A stretch of DNA of 63,151 bases, counting the filler, from Thraustochytrium aureum (taxonomy: Eukaryota): NCBI GenBank assembly GCA_012862495.1. It is 3 parts of 3 records of this genome, joined end to end, with 100 filler letters (N's around TTAATTAATTAA, not from the genome) between each part and the next. Parts side by side here need not be neighbours in the genome. Positions count along the whole stretch, not along the records: positions 34,873 to 63,151 come from BLSG01000109.1; 2 more parts are not named here. One strand, given 5' to 3'. Below, one piece after another: positions 47,915 to 59,809 of this stretch. Made by a program: the position numbers and the translations under genes. The notes under the pieces were generated by a model. It was given only the letters and a program-made list of their open reading frames with translations. It was not told the origin of the DNA and did no database searches. Positions within the stretch are counted from its first letter, which is position 1, and each line of letters begins with the position of its first letter.

Positions 47915-48718
47915 CTAATGCTCTTGTGCGCCAAGGGGACCGAGCTCGCGGCCGGCATGTCGCTGGCGACAACGTTTGGCTCTGATGATGAAAGCCCCAC
48001 GGCGTGAGCGCCAGCGGAGGTTGCTGGCGGCTTGTCCGAGGCCTGCTTGGACTGCTCGATGGCGTCGACGCCGTCTCGCCCCGCGCGCAAGCTGGGGCTT
48101 GCTTGGCGGGTCCAGGGAAGCCAAGCGCTGCGACGCTTGAAGAATCGAGTCGACTTGGGACTCGCGCTCGGCGTCGGGGAGCTGCTCTTTGGCGCGAACG
48201 GAGGTGTCCTTGGAGTCAAACCCAGGCCAGGACCACCCAAGGTGGGCGCGTGCCTTGAGGTTTGAAAGGCCATTGTGCTCCTCTGGGGCTTGTGGCGCAC
48301 CGCCCCCGAGCTCAAGCCCGGTGCAAGCCTCGCACACAGCGACTGGCGAGCCCTTGCGTTCGTACATGCGGAGACAGCACCCGAGGGAGCACTCCATCGT
48401 GGACCAGTTAAACTCGCACTCCCGGAAGGACTGCGCTTGCGGGCCAACGACGCGCAGGCTCTTCGAGCTAGCCGACTTGTCACGCATGTAGGTCACAATC
48501 TGGAGCTCGACGATGGCGAGGGCCGCCACGATAGCCAGCAGGGTCAACACCGAGGGCCGCTTCGCGACGAACATGTGGTACTCGCCATCACTCGGGTTGC
48601 GCCCGCGGTGCGTGCGGACTACGATGTCGTGTGGTTTGCCCGCCGGGTAGATGTCCACCTTGACGACCCGGTTCGAGTTGGCGCGGATCTTGTAGGTTGG
48701 CGTGGAGGGCTGCATCAT
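47915..48718 (-). CDS. Hypothetical single-pass membrane protein with a Cys-rich segment
   Basis: TM VLTLLAIVAALAIVELQIV followed by CEFNWSTMECSLGCC...CEAC; 3' end uncertain. Confidence 0.45.
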   Translation of the reverse strand: MMQPSTPTYKIRANSNRVVKVDIYPAGKPHDIVVRTHRGRNPSDGEYHMFVAKRPSVLTLLAIVAALAIVELQIVTYMRDKSASSKSLRVVGPQAQSFRECEFNWSTMECSLGCCLRMYERKGSPVAVCEACTGLELGGGAPQAPEEHNGLSNLKARAHLGWSWPGFDSKDTSVRAKEQLPDAERESQVDSILQASQRLASLDPPSKPQLARGARRRRRHRAVQAGLGQAASNLRWRSRRGAFIIRAKRCRQRHAGRELGPLGAQEH

Positions 48719-51424
48719 CCTGTCACCTGTTCGCGTCCTGTCCCAAAGCGCTTCTACTGTCAGGAGCGCGTTGCGCTGGTCGCATTCCACGGCCCGCGCC
48801 CGAACTAGCCGAAAGCGAACTGTGGCCGGGGGGCAGCCGAGCCTTTGTCGTCACTCCGGCGAGCTCGCGCCGAGGATACCAAGCGGGCAAGCAGCCTGAG
48901 TGGTGGGCGGTACGGCACGCACCCCGGTGCGTGGCCAGGCAGTCGGCTCGAGCGCTCGGCGAGCAACGGCTTGCAACGCGCGACGCCGACCTGGTCTGCC
49001 TCGCCTCTCGCGCTCCAACCCGTGGCTAGCTGACGGACTGCCGACGTGTGCGTGCACTCTGTTCCGCCGGTCGTGAGACTCGTTTCCGGGGCGAAGGCTC
49101 TGTGGCTTGGCCGCGAGCCTTTCCAACACCGCCGCTTGCGCCGTTCAAAACAACCACTCTGTTTTGTCCGTGGGACTTGATTGGGACTGACCTGGGACTG
49201 GGACCTGTTCTCCTTTCATCGACAAAAACCAAAAAACAAAACAAATCAAAACGTCGCCAGCAGCAGGACCACCAGCAGCAGCAGCACCACCAGCAGCGCG
49301 CCGCAGCCACCAATGCGCCGCCACCACACCACNNNNNNNNNNNNNNNNNNNNNNNNNNNNNNNNNNNNNNNNNNNNNNNNNNNNNNNNNNNNNNNNNNNN
49401 NNNNNNNNNNNNNNNNNNNNNNNNNNNNNNNNNNNNNNNNNNNNNNNNNNNNNNNNNNNNNNNNNNNNNNNNNNNNNNNNNNNNNNNNNNGATTGCAGGC
49501 AGCTCGACAAATCGACGGCGCCAGAGCGCAGGCTGCTGCTGGCAGTGAGGTGTTGCTGGCCCTGTCAATGCCTGCCTGCCAGCCTGCCAGCCTGCCAGCC
49601 TGCCTCACCAGGCAGGTCCTGTCAACTTCAGCTCTGTCCTGATGCGGCAGGCCTGCTTGTCAGGGTCTGTGGACGTGGCCGTGATTGGCGAACGCCGAGG
49701 GAACGGACCGTCGCTCGCCGGGATGGATCTCCGCCGGTTCTCCGGCGATGATCGGCCCAAGCATTCGCACATTTCGTGAGTCTCTGACCTTCTGCTTCAG
49801 CGCAGGTTTCAGAGCCCAATGCGCTGGCTTGTCTGGTCTTGTCTTGGAAAGATGGCGCGGAAGACCCACAACGTCGACGTTTAGAGTCAGCTTCCTCTTC
49901 CTAGCGCTAGTTTGAGTCTCGCCTCGTGTCTCCGAGTTGGGATGTGAGAGTCCTACAAACCGAGAGATTCCGCCTGCCCTGCCAACGAAACGGATCGCGT
50001 TCTCGACTCATGCGCATAGGACTCGCAGACGCCAGTTGCGGCTCTTCATGTTGCTCTGCACGTTAAACGCGCACTTTCGCGCGCAAAAGCTGCCAAGCAG
50101 GCGGGCAAGCAAATTCCCTTTGCTGGCTGTGCAGCATTGTCGGGCACGGCAAGAAAAGCATGAGGGCTTTTGAGGTAGTACCCTACTCAACTCCGCTCTG
50201 CCTTCACTCGGGAGTGAGTGAAGAAGGTTGGCGGAGCTGAGCCTTTGATCAGGGTCCGACTAAGTAGCTATGTTTTTTCCGACCCCAACACTGAACTTGT
50301 CGTGGTCCAGAGCTCCAAGGCAACCTATTGAACCGGCAGCTGCAGCAGAAGACTGCCTCGTGTGCTTGGTGATTTCAGAAGCATGCCGACGACGATCTCG
50401 ACAGGGGTGGTCGGTTATTCACACCACATCGGTGCCAGATCAGGGCCATCCGTGAAAGTGCACACTGCACAGACGCCCCCTGCTGCGGTGTACCGACTCC
50501 ATTGCCGTTGGGACTTGGTTGGTTCTAAATTGGCCCAGGGTGTCTTTCTTCAGCGTCTTCTTTGCCGTCGTTGACCCAGCACCATCAAATAGGGGCCATC
50601 AGTGAGTGCGGTTTCGAAGAACTGCTCCGCCTCGCCACCCCTTCAAAGTCAAGCTCTCTGCCCAACCAGTAGAGGCATGTATGGGCTCGCTGGTGCTGCA
50701 GGCGAATCCAAGTTCGCAGGCGATGAGGGGCCGCGACACCAACAAAAAATTCCAAACTCCAAGGACGCTCACACCGTCGTCGTTCATGTCTTGCCTGGTC
50801 ACGTGGGCAGCAACAAAAAGGGCGTCGAGCAGCGCGTCGCGTTCAAGCGCGTGGCGAACGCCTTTTGCAGCGCGTGCTTGGCGTGCTCTGAAGATCCGCG
50901 AGGTTTCAGCTCATTTCGAGCCCGCTGTTGCTTGCTGTTGAGGAGGACGAGTCCAGACGCCGGCGTTGGAGCTCGAAAGAGCAGCCAGAGTGAGGCGATC
51001 TTCAAGTTGGCTTTGCCATGACCAAGAGAGGGCGCCAGCCTTGCTCTGATCATGCCCACACCAAGGAGGATGGACATCCTTGCCCACACATCGTGCTGGG
51101 TCCACCCAGTCTGGAGTACACACTCACATTCTGCTCTCACCAGCAGGCGGGCCGACCGGTAGGCGTGTTCTCACCTTGATCTACACTTTTGTTTCTAACG
51201 TAGATGCACGTGCTCTGCCGGCAAGCCCAGATCTGACCGATTCCAAGTGATCGAGTGTTTGCGGTCAACCTGCAGATCCCAATCAGCAAGCACAGTCCAG
51301 AACACCTCCAACCCAAGCACAAACCCAAGCACAAAGCAACGCCCACAACAGCCCAGCAACCTTACGCTGCCAGCGCAAGACAGAAAACCTTCAGAGCAAC
51401 GCCAAGCAGTCGCGGATACAAATC

Positions 51425-52305
51425 ATGGTCAATTTCAGCGAAACGACCTCTCGCGTGCATCTGCAGATTGCCATCGCAACGCTCCTCGCCACGCTCCAAG
51501 ACGAATTGAACGCGATGCGCAATCGCAACAACATTGCTCGACAGGAGCTACCCGCGGTAAACACGAACGACAGCTGCGATGCCTTCATTCGGGACCGACT
51601 TTTGGAACGCCCGGAATTCACTGCGTTTATGAAGACCAGGGACCGTGAAGACATCCTTTACTGCACTGTCGGACGCATCCGCGGCAACCAAGCTGGGAAA
51701 ATCATCACAGCCAACCGATTCCTGCGAAATGAGGTCCGCAACGTGAAGAAATCCTTGGCTCCTTTCAATTATAACGTGGAGGCTTGGCGAGATGCCCGTG
51801 TCAGCATTGGGACATCGCTTGTTTGGTTTTTCACCAGGCCCATGGTTGAAGTTGGCATGCCAGCCTTTGAATCGATCGACTTGTCCACTCATGACCAAAC
51901 CAGACCATTGGAAGGGGCTTTCCATGCCAACCCTACCGTAAACCCGCAGCCCGATCATGTGCAAGCGGCGCTGGAATCTCGCCATTCGCCGAACTCCCAA
52001 AGTCTATTCTCGTCCACGCAAGCTTCAGCGCCTGTGGGGGGTTCTCCTGTGGGGGGTTCTCCTCTTGCAGGCAGCTCAGCTCCTTCGATCCGCGGGCGTC
52101 ATGCTTTCTCGCCAGACCCTTTCGAATTTTCGTTCGAATTTGTGGATCATCTGGAGACCGCGGCAGATGGCATCACCGAATTCGAGGGAGACGACATGTA
52201 CTTGAATGGCATGACTAGCGGCGCTCATCGCTCTCCGCTCACGAATCTTGACTCGCCGCTCAGTGCCAACTCTTCCGCCGATCACCTGTTTTCAGAGTTC
52301 TTCGA

Positions 52306-52349
<44 letters not shown>

Positions 52350-52609
52350 ATCCGTCCACGTTGCGCTCCTCCGCCGTCGAGGGGCAGAGCTTTGCTGAGG
52401 CCCATCATGTTTTGCTTGATGCTCTCGCCGGTCCTTTTGGCAGCCACTTTCCCGTGCCCGAGCTTCAGCCCCAGCATGTGCAAGTGTCTGGAGCAGGCGG
52501 CGACTTCGACGTGGATCCCATCGCGAGGCAGATTCAACCTGACGAATTCGCTTGCGCCAGTAAGCGCATGCGCTACGCGCACTCGGCACCGTCCAAGTTT
52601 GGTGACTGA
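51425..52609 (+). CDS. Hypothetical protein, 394 aa: basic globular N-terminal domain plus S/P/acidic disordered C-terminus
   Basis: Long ATG-initiated ORF after a C/A-rich leader (51290-51424), followed by a T-rich 3' region; no family recognised with confidence. Confidence 0.7.
52306..52354 (+). repeat. 9-bp tandem repeat (TCCGCTCGG)x5 encoding PLG repeats
   Basis: Translates as DPLGPLGPLGPLGPLDP. Confidence 0.9.
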
Positions 52610-52996
52610 CATGAATGCCAGCCTTGGTGGCAAGACCGCCCGGTGGCGTTTCGTCTTCGAAACTTCAGCGCTCGAACTTGTCATGTGGTAGAGGCCCACA
52701 CGCCTTTGCCTGCGCGTCGACTTTACCATCGTTTTTTGTTTTGTTTTGTACAATACAACACCTTTTCGATTTCTAGATGGCTGCGGCTGCACTCGAGTAT
52801 CCACCATCGGCGAGTGAGTCCCGCCCAGGTGTCCGTCCACCTCTTCCTTTACCGCTTATTTTGTATTGCCCCAGCCGACGCGATGTCCTCTCCCTGGCCG
52901 ACGAGTGAACAACCGCAAGTCCCGGTCCTGCTGCAGCCCAGGCGTCTTGTCCTGTCTCCATCCCCGTAGATAGGTGGGTGGAGCGCTGTTCCGACA

Positions 52997-53072
52997 AAGG
53001 AGTACTTGCCTACTTGCAGGCCTGTTCTCGACAAGGAGTACTTGACTACTTGCAGGCCTGTTCTTGAAAAGG
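52997..53072. repeat. Tandem duplication, 36-bp period
   Basis: AAGGAGTACTTG[C/A]CTACTTGCAGGCCTGTTCT at 52997 and 53033. Confidence 0.85.
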
Positions 53073-53431
53073 CTCCTCGGTTCTCGCGCAGCATTGCGCC
53101 ATGCCGCGCAGGCGATGATGCCCCGACGCGAGGCGCGTAGGGCGGCGTGCGACATTTCTCACGCTCGCAGCCCCACGCGCCGGGACCACTGGCCGGCAAC
53201 CACGGCATCGCAGCCTCGTACAGACCGACTACAAAGCGAGCCTGCTCCTGGTCCCCACAGCGCGCGACACAAGATCGATCGACGCGCGACCGGCCGGCAC
53301 ACATCAAGTTGACCCAACGGCTCTGAAGTGGGGTGGGGACGCCATCGTCGAGCCCAGGTTTGCTCCAACGCAGCGGAGTGAGTACTATACTTGGGGACAG
53401 AGCGTCGAGACGCTCGACTTGCTTGGTTTGC

Positions 53432-54271
53432 ATGGACGCGAAAGCGTCGGTGGCGAGCACGCGGGCCCGACCACGTCTCACTCTGTGCGGCACGGCACTT
53501 GACAGCGGTGCGGCCCTGATCGCGATCGCTGTACCGCCGCTCGGCCGCACGCGCTGGTTGCTGGTTGTTGGTCCAACGGAGTCGGTGGCTGCTGCGAAAA
53601 GCGGTATGACGGGCCGGCTCGACGAGCTCGGGCGCCTGGCAGCGTACAGGCGCAGGACAAGCGAGCTGAGACAAGAGAGCAGCGCGGAGGATACGCGAAG
53701 GGCCGCGGGGAGACCGCGACGCACAACGCCGACTGCGAACGTGGATGTCGCCAGGCTGCGACAGGGAGGCTTCTACCCGCTGTACGTTGAGCCGCGGTAC
53801 AAGGTCACCGAGCGACTCACGCTCGAGGAGATCGAGCCGGATCGCGAACCGAGTCGCGCCGTGGTAGATACGGGGCAATTCGCTCCAGAGCCGCAGCGAG
53901 CAGTATGGGATCCGCGAACGCGTGGCCCCGCCTTCGACACGGATAACCTCCTGTTGCCTTTCTGCGACAGGCTCGCGGAGATTGAACAGGGCGGCTTGGG
54001 GGAGTCCATGGCGCTCGCGCGAAACGTGCGTCTTGATTGTGATCGTGTGAGGGTCCCGGGCGGCTCAGAGGAGCTAGTCGCGAGCGGAGGCAGTCTCTGG
54101 CGACCAGCTCGGCACAGGACGGGCTTGTTGGGCAACCTGCACCGCCGCTGGATCGCCAGCTGCAGGTCGCCGAGTCGGCGTCGGAACAGCTGCAGTTCGC
54201 CAAATCGGCATCCGAGCGTTTGTGCAGCATACGCGAGTGCATGCTCTCAGCTGGATCCACGCGCGCTTTAG
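53432..54271 (+). CDS. Hypothetical protein
   Basis: ORF with a protein-like central part (GFYPLYVEPRYKVTERLTLEEIE); no family recognised. Confidence 0.3.
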   Translation: MDAKASVASTRARPRLTLCGTALDSGAALIAIAVPPLGRTRWLLVVGPTESVAAAKSGMTGRLDELGRLAAYRRRTSELRQESSAEDTRRAAGRPRRTTPTANVDVARLRQGGFYPLYVEPRYKVTERLTLEEIEPDREPSRAVVDTGQFAPEPQRAVWDPRTRGPAFDTDNLLLPFCDRLAEIEQGGLGESMALARNVRLDCDRVRVPGGSEELVASGGSLWRPARHRTGLLGNLHRRWIASCRSPSRRRNSCSSPNRHPSVCAAYASACSQLDPRAL

Positions 54272-55793
54272 TTGCCGCCACGCGGTACGCTCGACACTCG
54301 GGCGCCGTGCTGCGGCATCATCGAATCGTGGGCAGCGCGCGGCTTGGTCTCGTCTGCCTCGACTAGCAGCTTGGCGTGGAAGGTTGTGACATAGACAGCG
54401 TATCGTTTTTTTTAAAGAAAACACATATTTGTTCTGGCACCTCGCAGGGCCGCGGGCAAGCGTTCGAAGCGCTGCGAGAGACAGAGCCGCAGAGCTTGCT
54501 AGCCGGCGCCCGTCTCCGCTTCGCACTTGAATTACCAAGCCGGGCAACCAGGTGGGCCCCGCAACTCGCGCCCTGGTGGGGCCCGTTTCGCGAGCTGCCG
54601 TGCGAACCATGTGGTTGGCCATGCTGCTCCGGGCTCATCCGCATCCGAGTTGTCGGATTGGGGTTGTTCCAATCCCAAGACGCGCTGCGCTTTTCTCGGC
54701 AAAAAGCGAGGGTCGCCCGTGATCTTGAAAACCTTGACGTTCACGAGAGTCTCACTCCGTGGGCCGTCCTTTGTGGAGCCCAAGCCAAGCACATATCGAA
54801 CCTTGGCAGGAAGTAGCCGAACGTCCCCAGTGAGCTGCAGAATTTTTGGTGTCGCACGGTTGCTCGCGGCCCATCTTTTGTCCTGCCGCGAGAGCGGGCG
54901 CTCGGCTGTGGAGGCAGGCAATCGTGGTCTTCTGCTGCCGATCGAGCGCATTCTCGGTCAACCCTCGCTTTCACACGCACGTAGAGCGCCAAACTCCGCG
55001 CAAAGAAAGGTTTTGTCTGCCCTTGTACGCGATGCCGGTCGCGGGGCGAATGGGGGTTTGCTGTTTGTGGTCGCTTTCGCGACTTTGGCCGGCGCGGCAC
55101 GCCAGACTTCGCATGCCGAAACGGCCTATGCTGATGGCAGGTCAATCACGAATGCTCATGCAGAGCAACTGGCGTGCGAATGGATGATGAGCGAGCGAGC
55201 AAGTTGTGTTCGCGCACGAGCTTCCGACTTGTTGAGCACGACGACGAGCAGACAACCAATTTCGCCTTGCTCTTTAGCGGCCCAGTCGTCTCAACCTGAA
55301 CGCACCTCTAGGGGTCCTCCGGGAGCCGTGAGCCTTTTCAAGAAAGCTGCCGGCGGGTGCAGAGGTCGGATGGCCAGACTTCCCACGAGACCGCAGACTT
55401 GCCGTCGGTCAAAACGAATTTAACAACGCAGGCGTGCGCTGGCACGGAAATCGGCGCGAGCAGCGCACACAACCCTATGCGCAGGACGGCGAGCATCCTC
55501 CTTGGATGCAAAGCGATGTGATAGGAGTCGCCAGGGTATCGAGGTGTGGGGCGGACAAATGTTGCGTTGGAGACTTTTGACCCACCGCACGCTCCTCCGA
55601 TGGTCCGCGACACGGTTTTCACTGGCCTGACGCGCTTTCAAACAGAGCGCGCTTGAAATCAGAGGCGGTGTTGGCGGATGGGGTTTGCAGCAACAGCGGA
55701 AACGAAACGCGTCTTATTGGTACTATTGAATCTCAACTAGCAAAGTGCTGCTCAGGAGAGGAGCATCAAGCCTCGGAGCGCCAAGCGTCGGGC

Positions 55794-58086
55794 TTAAAGG
55801 TTGGGCATGTAGTTGGGGGGAGGCGCGCCATAGCCTGACGGCGGCTGCGAAAACTGAGAGCCTCCGCCGCCAAACTGAGAGCCGCCAAACTGAGAACCGC
55901 CAAATTGAGACCCACCACCACCACCACCACCGCCACCAAAGGCAGAGCCTCCACCGCCGCCACCAAATGTGGAGCCCCCACCGCCGCCACCAAATGTGGA
56001 GCCCCCACTTCCGCCGTAAGCGCTACCCGGGGGAGCTCCGAATGCGCCTCCGCCCAGCCCTGCTGCGGCGCCGCCGTTGTTGTCCTGCTTGTTGCCGAAC
56101 AACTTGGTTGAAACGCGAGTGAAAAACTTCGGACGTGGTGGGATCGAAGGGCCATCTCCAGTCGGGGACGGACCACCGAACAGGGCAGAAGACATCCGGT
56201 TCAGCATACTCGGAGGTTTGAAGGCAGGTGGTGATTGGGCTCCACCACCCATGCCCATGTTCGGGCTTCCCGGCGGCGGTGGGGCGCCCATGCCGCCATT
56301 CCCGCCAAATAGCTTGGCAGAGATTCGGTTGAACATGTTTGGTGGCCTAAAGCCCCCCGGCCCACNNNNNNNNNNNNNNNNNNNNNNNNNNNNNNNNNNN
56401 NNNNNNNNNNNNNNNNNNNNNNNNNNNNNNNNNNNNNNNNNNNNNNNNNNNNNNNNNNNNNNNNNNNNNNNNNNNNNNNNNNNNNNNNNNNNNNNNNNNN
56501 NNNNNNNNNNNNNNNNNNNNNNNNNNNNNNNNNNNNNNNNNNNNNNNNNNNNNNNNNNNNNNNNNNNNNNNNNNNNNNNNNNNNNNNNNNNNNNNNNNNN
56601 NNNNNNNNNNNNNNNNNNNNNNNNNNNNNNNNNNNNNNNNNNNNNNNNNNNNNNNNNNNNNNNNNNNNNNNNNNNNNNNNNNNNNNNNNNNNNNNNNNNN
56701 NNNNNNNNNNNNNNNNNNNNNNNNNNNNNNNNNNNNNNNNNNNNNNNNNNNNNNNNNNNNNNNNNNNNNNNNNNNNNNNNNNNNNNNNNNNNNNNNNNNN
56801 NNNNNNNNNNNNNNNNNNNNNNNNNNNNNNNNNNNNNNNNNNNNNNNNNNNNNNNNNNNNNNNNNNNNNNNNNNNNNNNNNNNNNNNNNNNNNNNNNNNN
56901 NNNNNNNNNNNNNNNNNNNNNNNNNNNNNNNNNNNNNNNNNNNNNNNNNNNNNNNNNNNNNNNNNNNNNNNNNNNNNNNNNNNNNNNNNNNNNNNNNNNN
57001 NNNNNNNNNNNNNNNNNNNNNNNNNNNNNNNNNNNNNNNNNNNNNNNNNNNNNNNNNNNNNNNNNNNNNNNNNNNNNNNNNNNNNNNNNNNNNNNNNNNN
57101 NNNNNNNNNNGGGGCCTTTCCATGCGCCCTGACCGGGGTTTCCAGTGTTTTGTGGTCCGCGCGAGTAAACAGTGTAGCCCACAAACGCCGCCCCAAGAAG
57201 AAAAGCCCCAATCAAGCCATAGTTGACGAGCATCACCGTGTCGTTCGCTCCTATGGCGTCTTGGGCAGAGCCAACTCCTGTTGCGATGGCCACCATGCCC
57301 GCAAGGACAACGAGGCGACCGACCCAACGCATCGCGCTCCTCCAGGTGTCAATGGAGGCAGGGTTTGTTGGCTTGAAGAGACCTGCAAGGCTGAGAGCAA
57401 GCTCAAGCCCGACACACCAACGCCGACAAGGCCGTGGGTTGTGTTGAAGTGCCCGGATCCATTTGTGTCTTTGAAGTCAAAGACCAGGTAGACTCCAACC
57501 GCACCACCGGCGACGCCGACGGCCATTGCTGCGATGTAGAGCGTCATGTTGAAGGTCGGTTTTTGGCCGTAGAGCGCGATGGCTGCTGCGGCGCCCGGGA
57601 TGAGAACGAACCACGCTCCCACAAGAATGAGCGCGTGCGTGAGAACGGGGCCGGGCAGCGCACCAACCCAGTCTGAGAGGCCAGCATCTGGCGTGAGCGC
57701 CCCACCGCCTCCGCCGCCGTCCACTGGCGCGTCGACTGCGCCGGGATTTGTGAGCCCGTCCGTGACGAGCGCAGCGTTTGGGTCATCTACATACGCACAC
57801 TCCGGATCACCAAGCTCGGCGCCATTTGACCGCCCGTCGCCGTCACTGTCCTTCTCGCAGAGCACGAGGGTCCATTTGCGGTCCTCGTTGGCGAAGTCTG
57901 CGCCGAACTGGTCGATGTTTGGACGCCATTGGTGTGGCCGATCTTGTCCCCGAACTTGGCCTTGAGCAGCTCGCCGTTGGGCAGGGCGTCGTAGTAGCTT
58001 TCCAACGCATGCGCGCTGTTGAAGCCGACGACCAGAGCACCTGCTGTGGCAGCGAGTCGTCGCCGCACGCCGAGCCTTGCCGGCAT
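55794..58086 (-). CDS. Signal peptide + temptin-like domain + cytochrome b561-like multi-TM domain + Gly/Pro-rich tail (1-nt frameshifts ~57925 and ~57387; gap 56366-57110)
   Basis: Temptin-like LPNG..IGH..FGADF..WTLVLCEKDSDGDGRSNGAELGDPEC; b561-like THALILVGAWFVLIPG, HFNTTHGLVG and GLFKP...W...RWVGR. Confidence 0.72.
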
Positions 58087-59809
58087 CCTCGCACCCGTCC
58101 AAGCCCTCGCGATAGCTCGTAGCTTGTGGCGCCCACGCAAGCGCTCGGGTTCGCTTTTCGCGCCAGGGGCCGCTGCCGCTGCTCCTGCTGCTACGCGACG
58201 CGTTGGCTGCACAAGTCGACAAGGTTTTGCTGCGAGCGATGTATCGATCGATCGTCGATCACTGTGGAGCAGCCTCGCTTGGCTTCTCCAAACTTGGCTT
58301 GGAAGGAGGGCGCCTTCCGGGCCGGCGCGCTCAATGGGGATCGATTGCCTCACTTGCACGCACTGCAAATTGGTCGCGCGCCCAGACCTCGAGGGCGACG
58401 GCCGCCACCAGACCCGACTGCCCGCAGATCTCAACGCCCACGTGGAAGTGCGCGCCGGACCCGCTATGCTGCCCGTGTGCCGTGTCGGGTACTGGAGGTC
58501 TTGCGCGGAAAAACTGGGCTTGCGCCAGGAGGGAAAGGAGCAGGCCTTGCACCAAACGCGCACACCTCGATACCTCGGCCGGACACAGCCTTTGTCCAAG
58601 CTCGCTGATGGGCAAGGGAGAAAGCGTGAAGCAGCCGGCGAGGGCAGGGGCCGTGCGGGCGCGAAGGAGGGAAGGAGCTGGTGCGATGCGATGGCGGGCT
58701 GTCCAGCTTGCAGTCCCTTGGCTGCTCGCTGTTGCGGCGCTCATTGGCGAGATGCCGGACGACAGCGCGCAAGGCGGCGCCAGCGAGGCTCGTCACGCGA
58801 TTCGGAGGGGCGCAAGCGAGTGAATTTGGCTGGCCTCCTTCGTTTTGGATGCGCTGCAGACACACAGGCTGACTGTGGCGGTTGCGCGCGGCGCCCGCTT
58901 GACGTGGCAAAGAACTCGAAAGCGGCACGCCAGTTTCACACCGCGATCCCTACAGACGTGCTGACACGCTCCTACGGGAGANNNNNNNNNNNNNNNNNNN
59001 NNNNNNNNNNNNNNNNNNNNNNNNNNNNNNNNNNNNNNNNNNNNNNNNNNNNNNNNNNNNNNNNNNNNNNNNNNNNNNNNNNNNNNNNNNNNNNNNNNNN
59101 NNNNNNNNNNNNNNNNNNNNNNNNNNNNNNNNNNNNNNNNNNNNNNNNNNNNNNNNNNNNNNNNNNNNNNNNNNNNNNNNNNNNNNNNNNNNNNNNNNNN
59201 NNNNNNNNNNNNNNNNNNNNNNGCCGGCCCGCTCGCACGACAGAGCGAACTCGAATTCCGCGCGCTCAACTTGCCCTCGCTGATTTCGCACCTTGGTGTG
59301 GGCGAGCGAGGGAAGGGCTCGCTGTGCCTTCACACTTTTTTGCAGGACACGAATTTGTTTTGATCCATCGCGCGCTGCGGGCAAGCGTGAGTCTGAAGAG
59401 GGCAAGAGCTGCGCTCACTCGGCGTGAGGCCTGGGCACGAAGCCAACTATAGGCCATGGGTTTGGCGACAAATCGAGCGAACCAGTTGATTCACAGTCGC
59501 CACAAGGGCAGAGTGTGTCTTCGTTGTCCTTTGCTGTTCATCTGCCCATCCATTCACGACACCCCCTCGAAGAACAGCATCGGAACCTTGGCGATGGGGG
59601 CCGCTGCCCTCGCGCTGTGCCGTCAACTGTGGCAGATGAAGGTCAGCGTCAAGTGGAGTACCCCTGTCCCACCTCTTGCAGAGAACAGGACTGACTGACA
59701 GCACATGTCGAGCGAAATGGACAGAATTCAATTGTACAGAGTTGACAGGGACAAACTACACGGGGTAGACAGGCAGGGAGGCAGGCAGGCGGGCGGGAAG
59801 GCACAAACG

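Noticed and set aside
50171..50180. TGAGGTAGTA matching the 5' end of let-7
   Set aside because: Only a 10-nt match that diverges immediately; expected by chance and implausible in a non-metazoan.
52997..53072. 36-bp and 23-bp (44365) repeats as a CRISPR-like array
   Set aside because: Only two adjacent copies each, no unique spacers, no cas genes, eukaryotic context.
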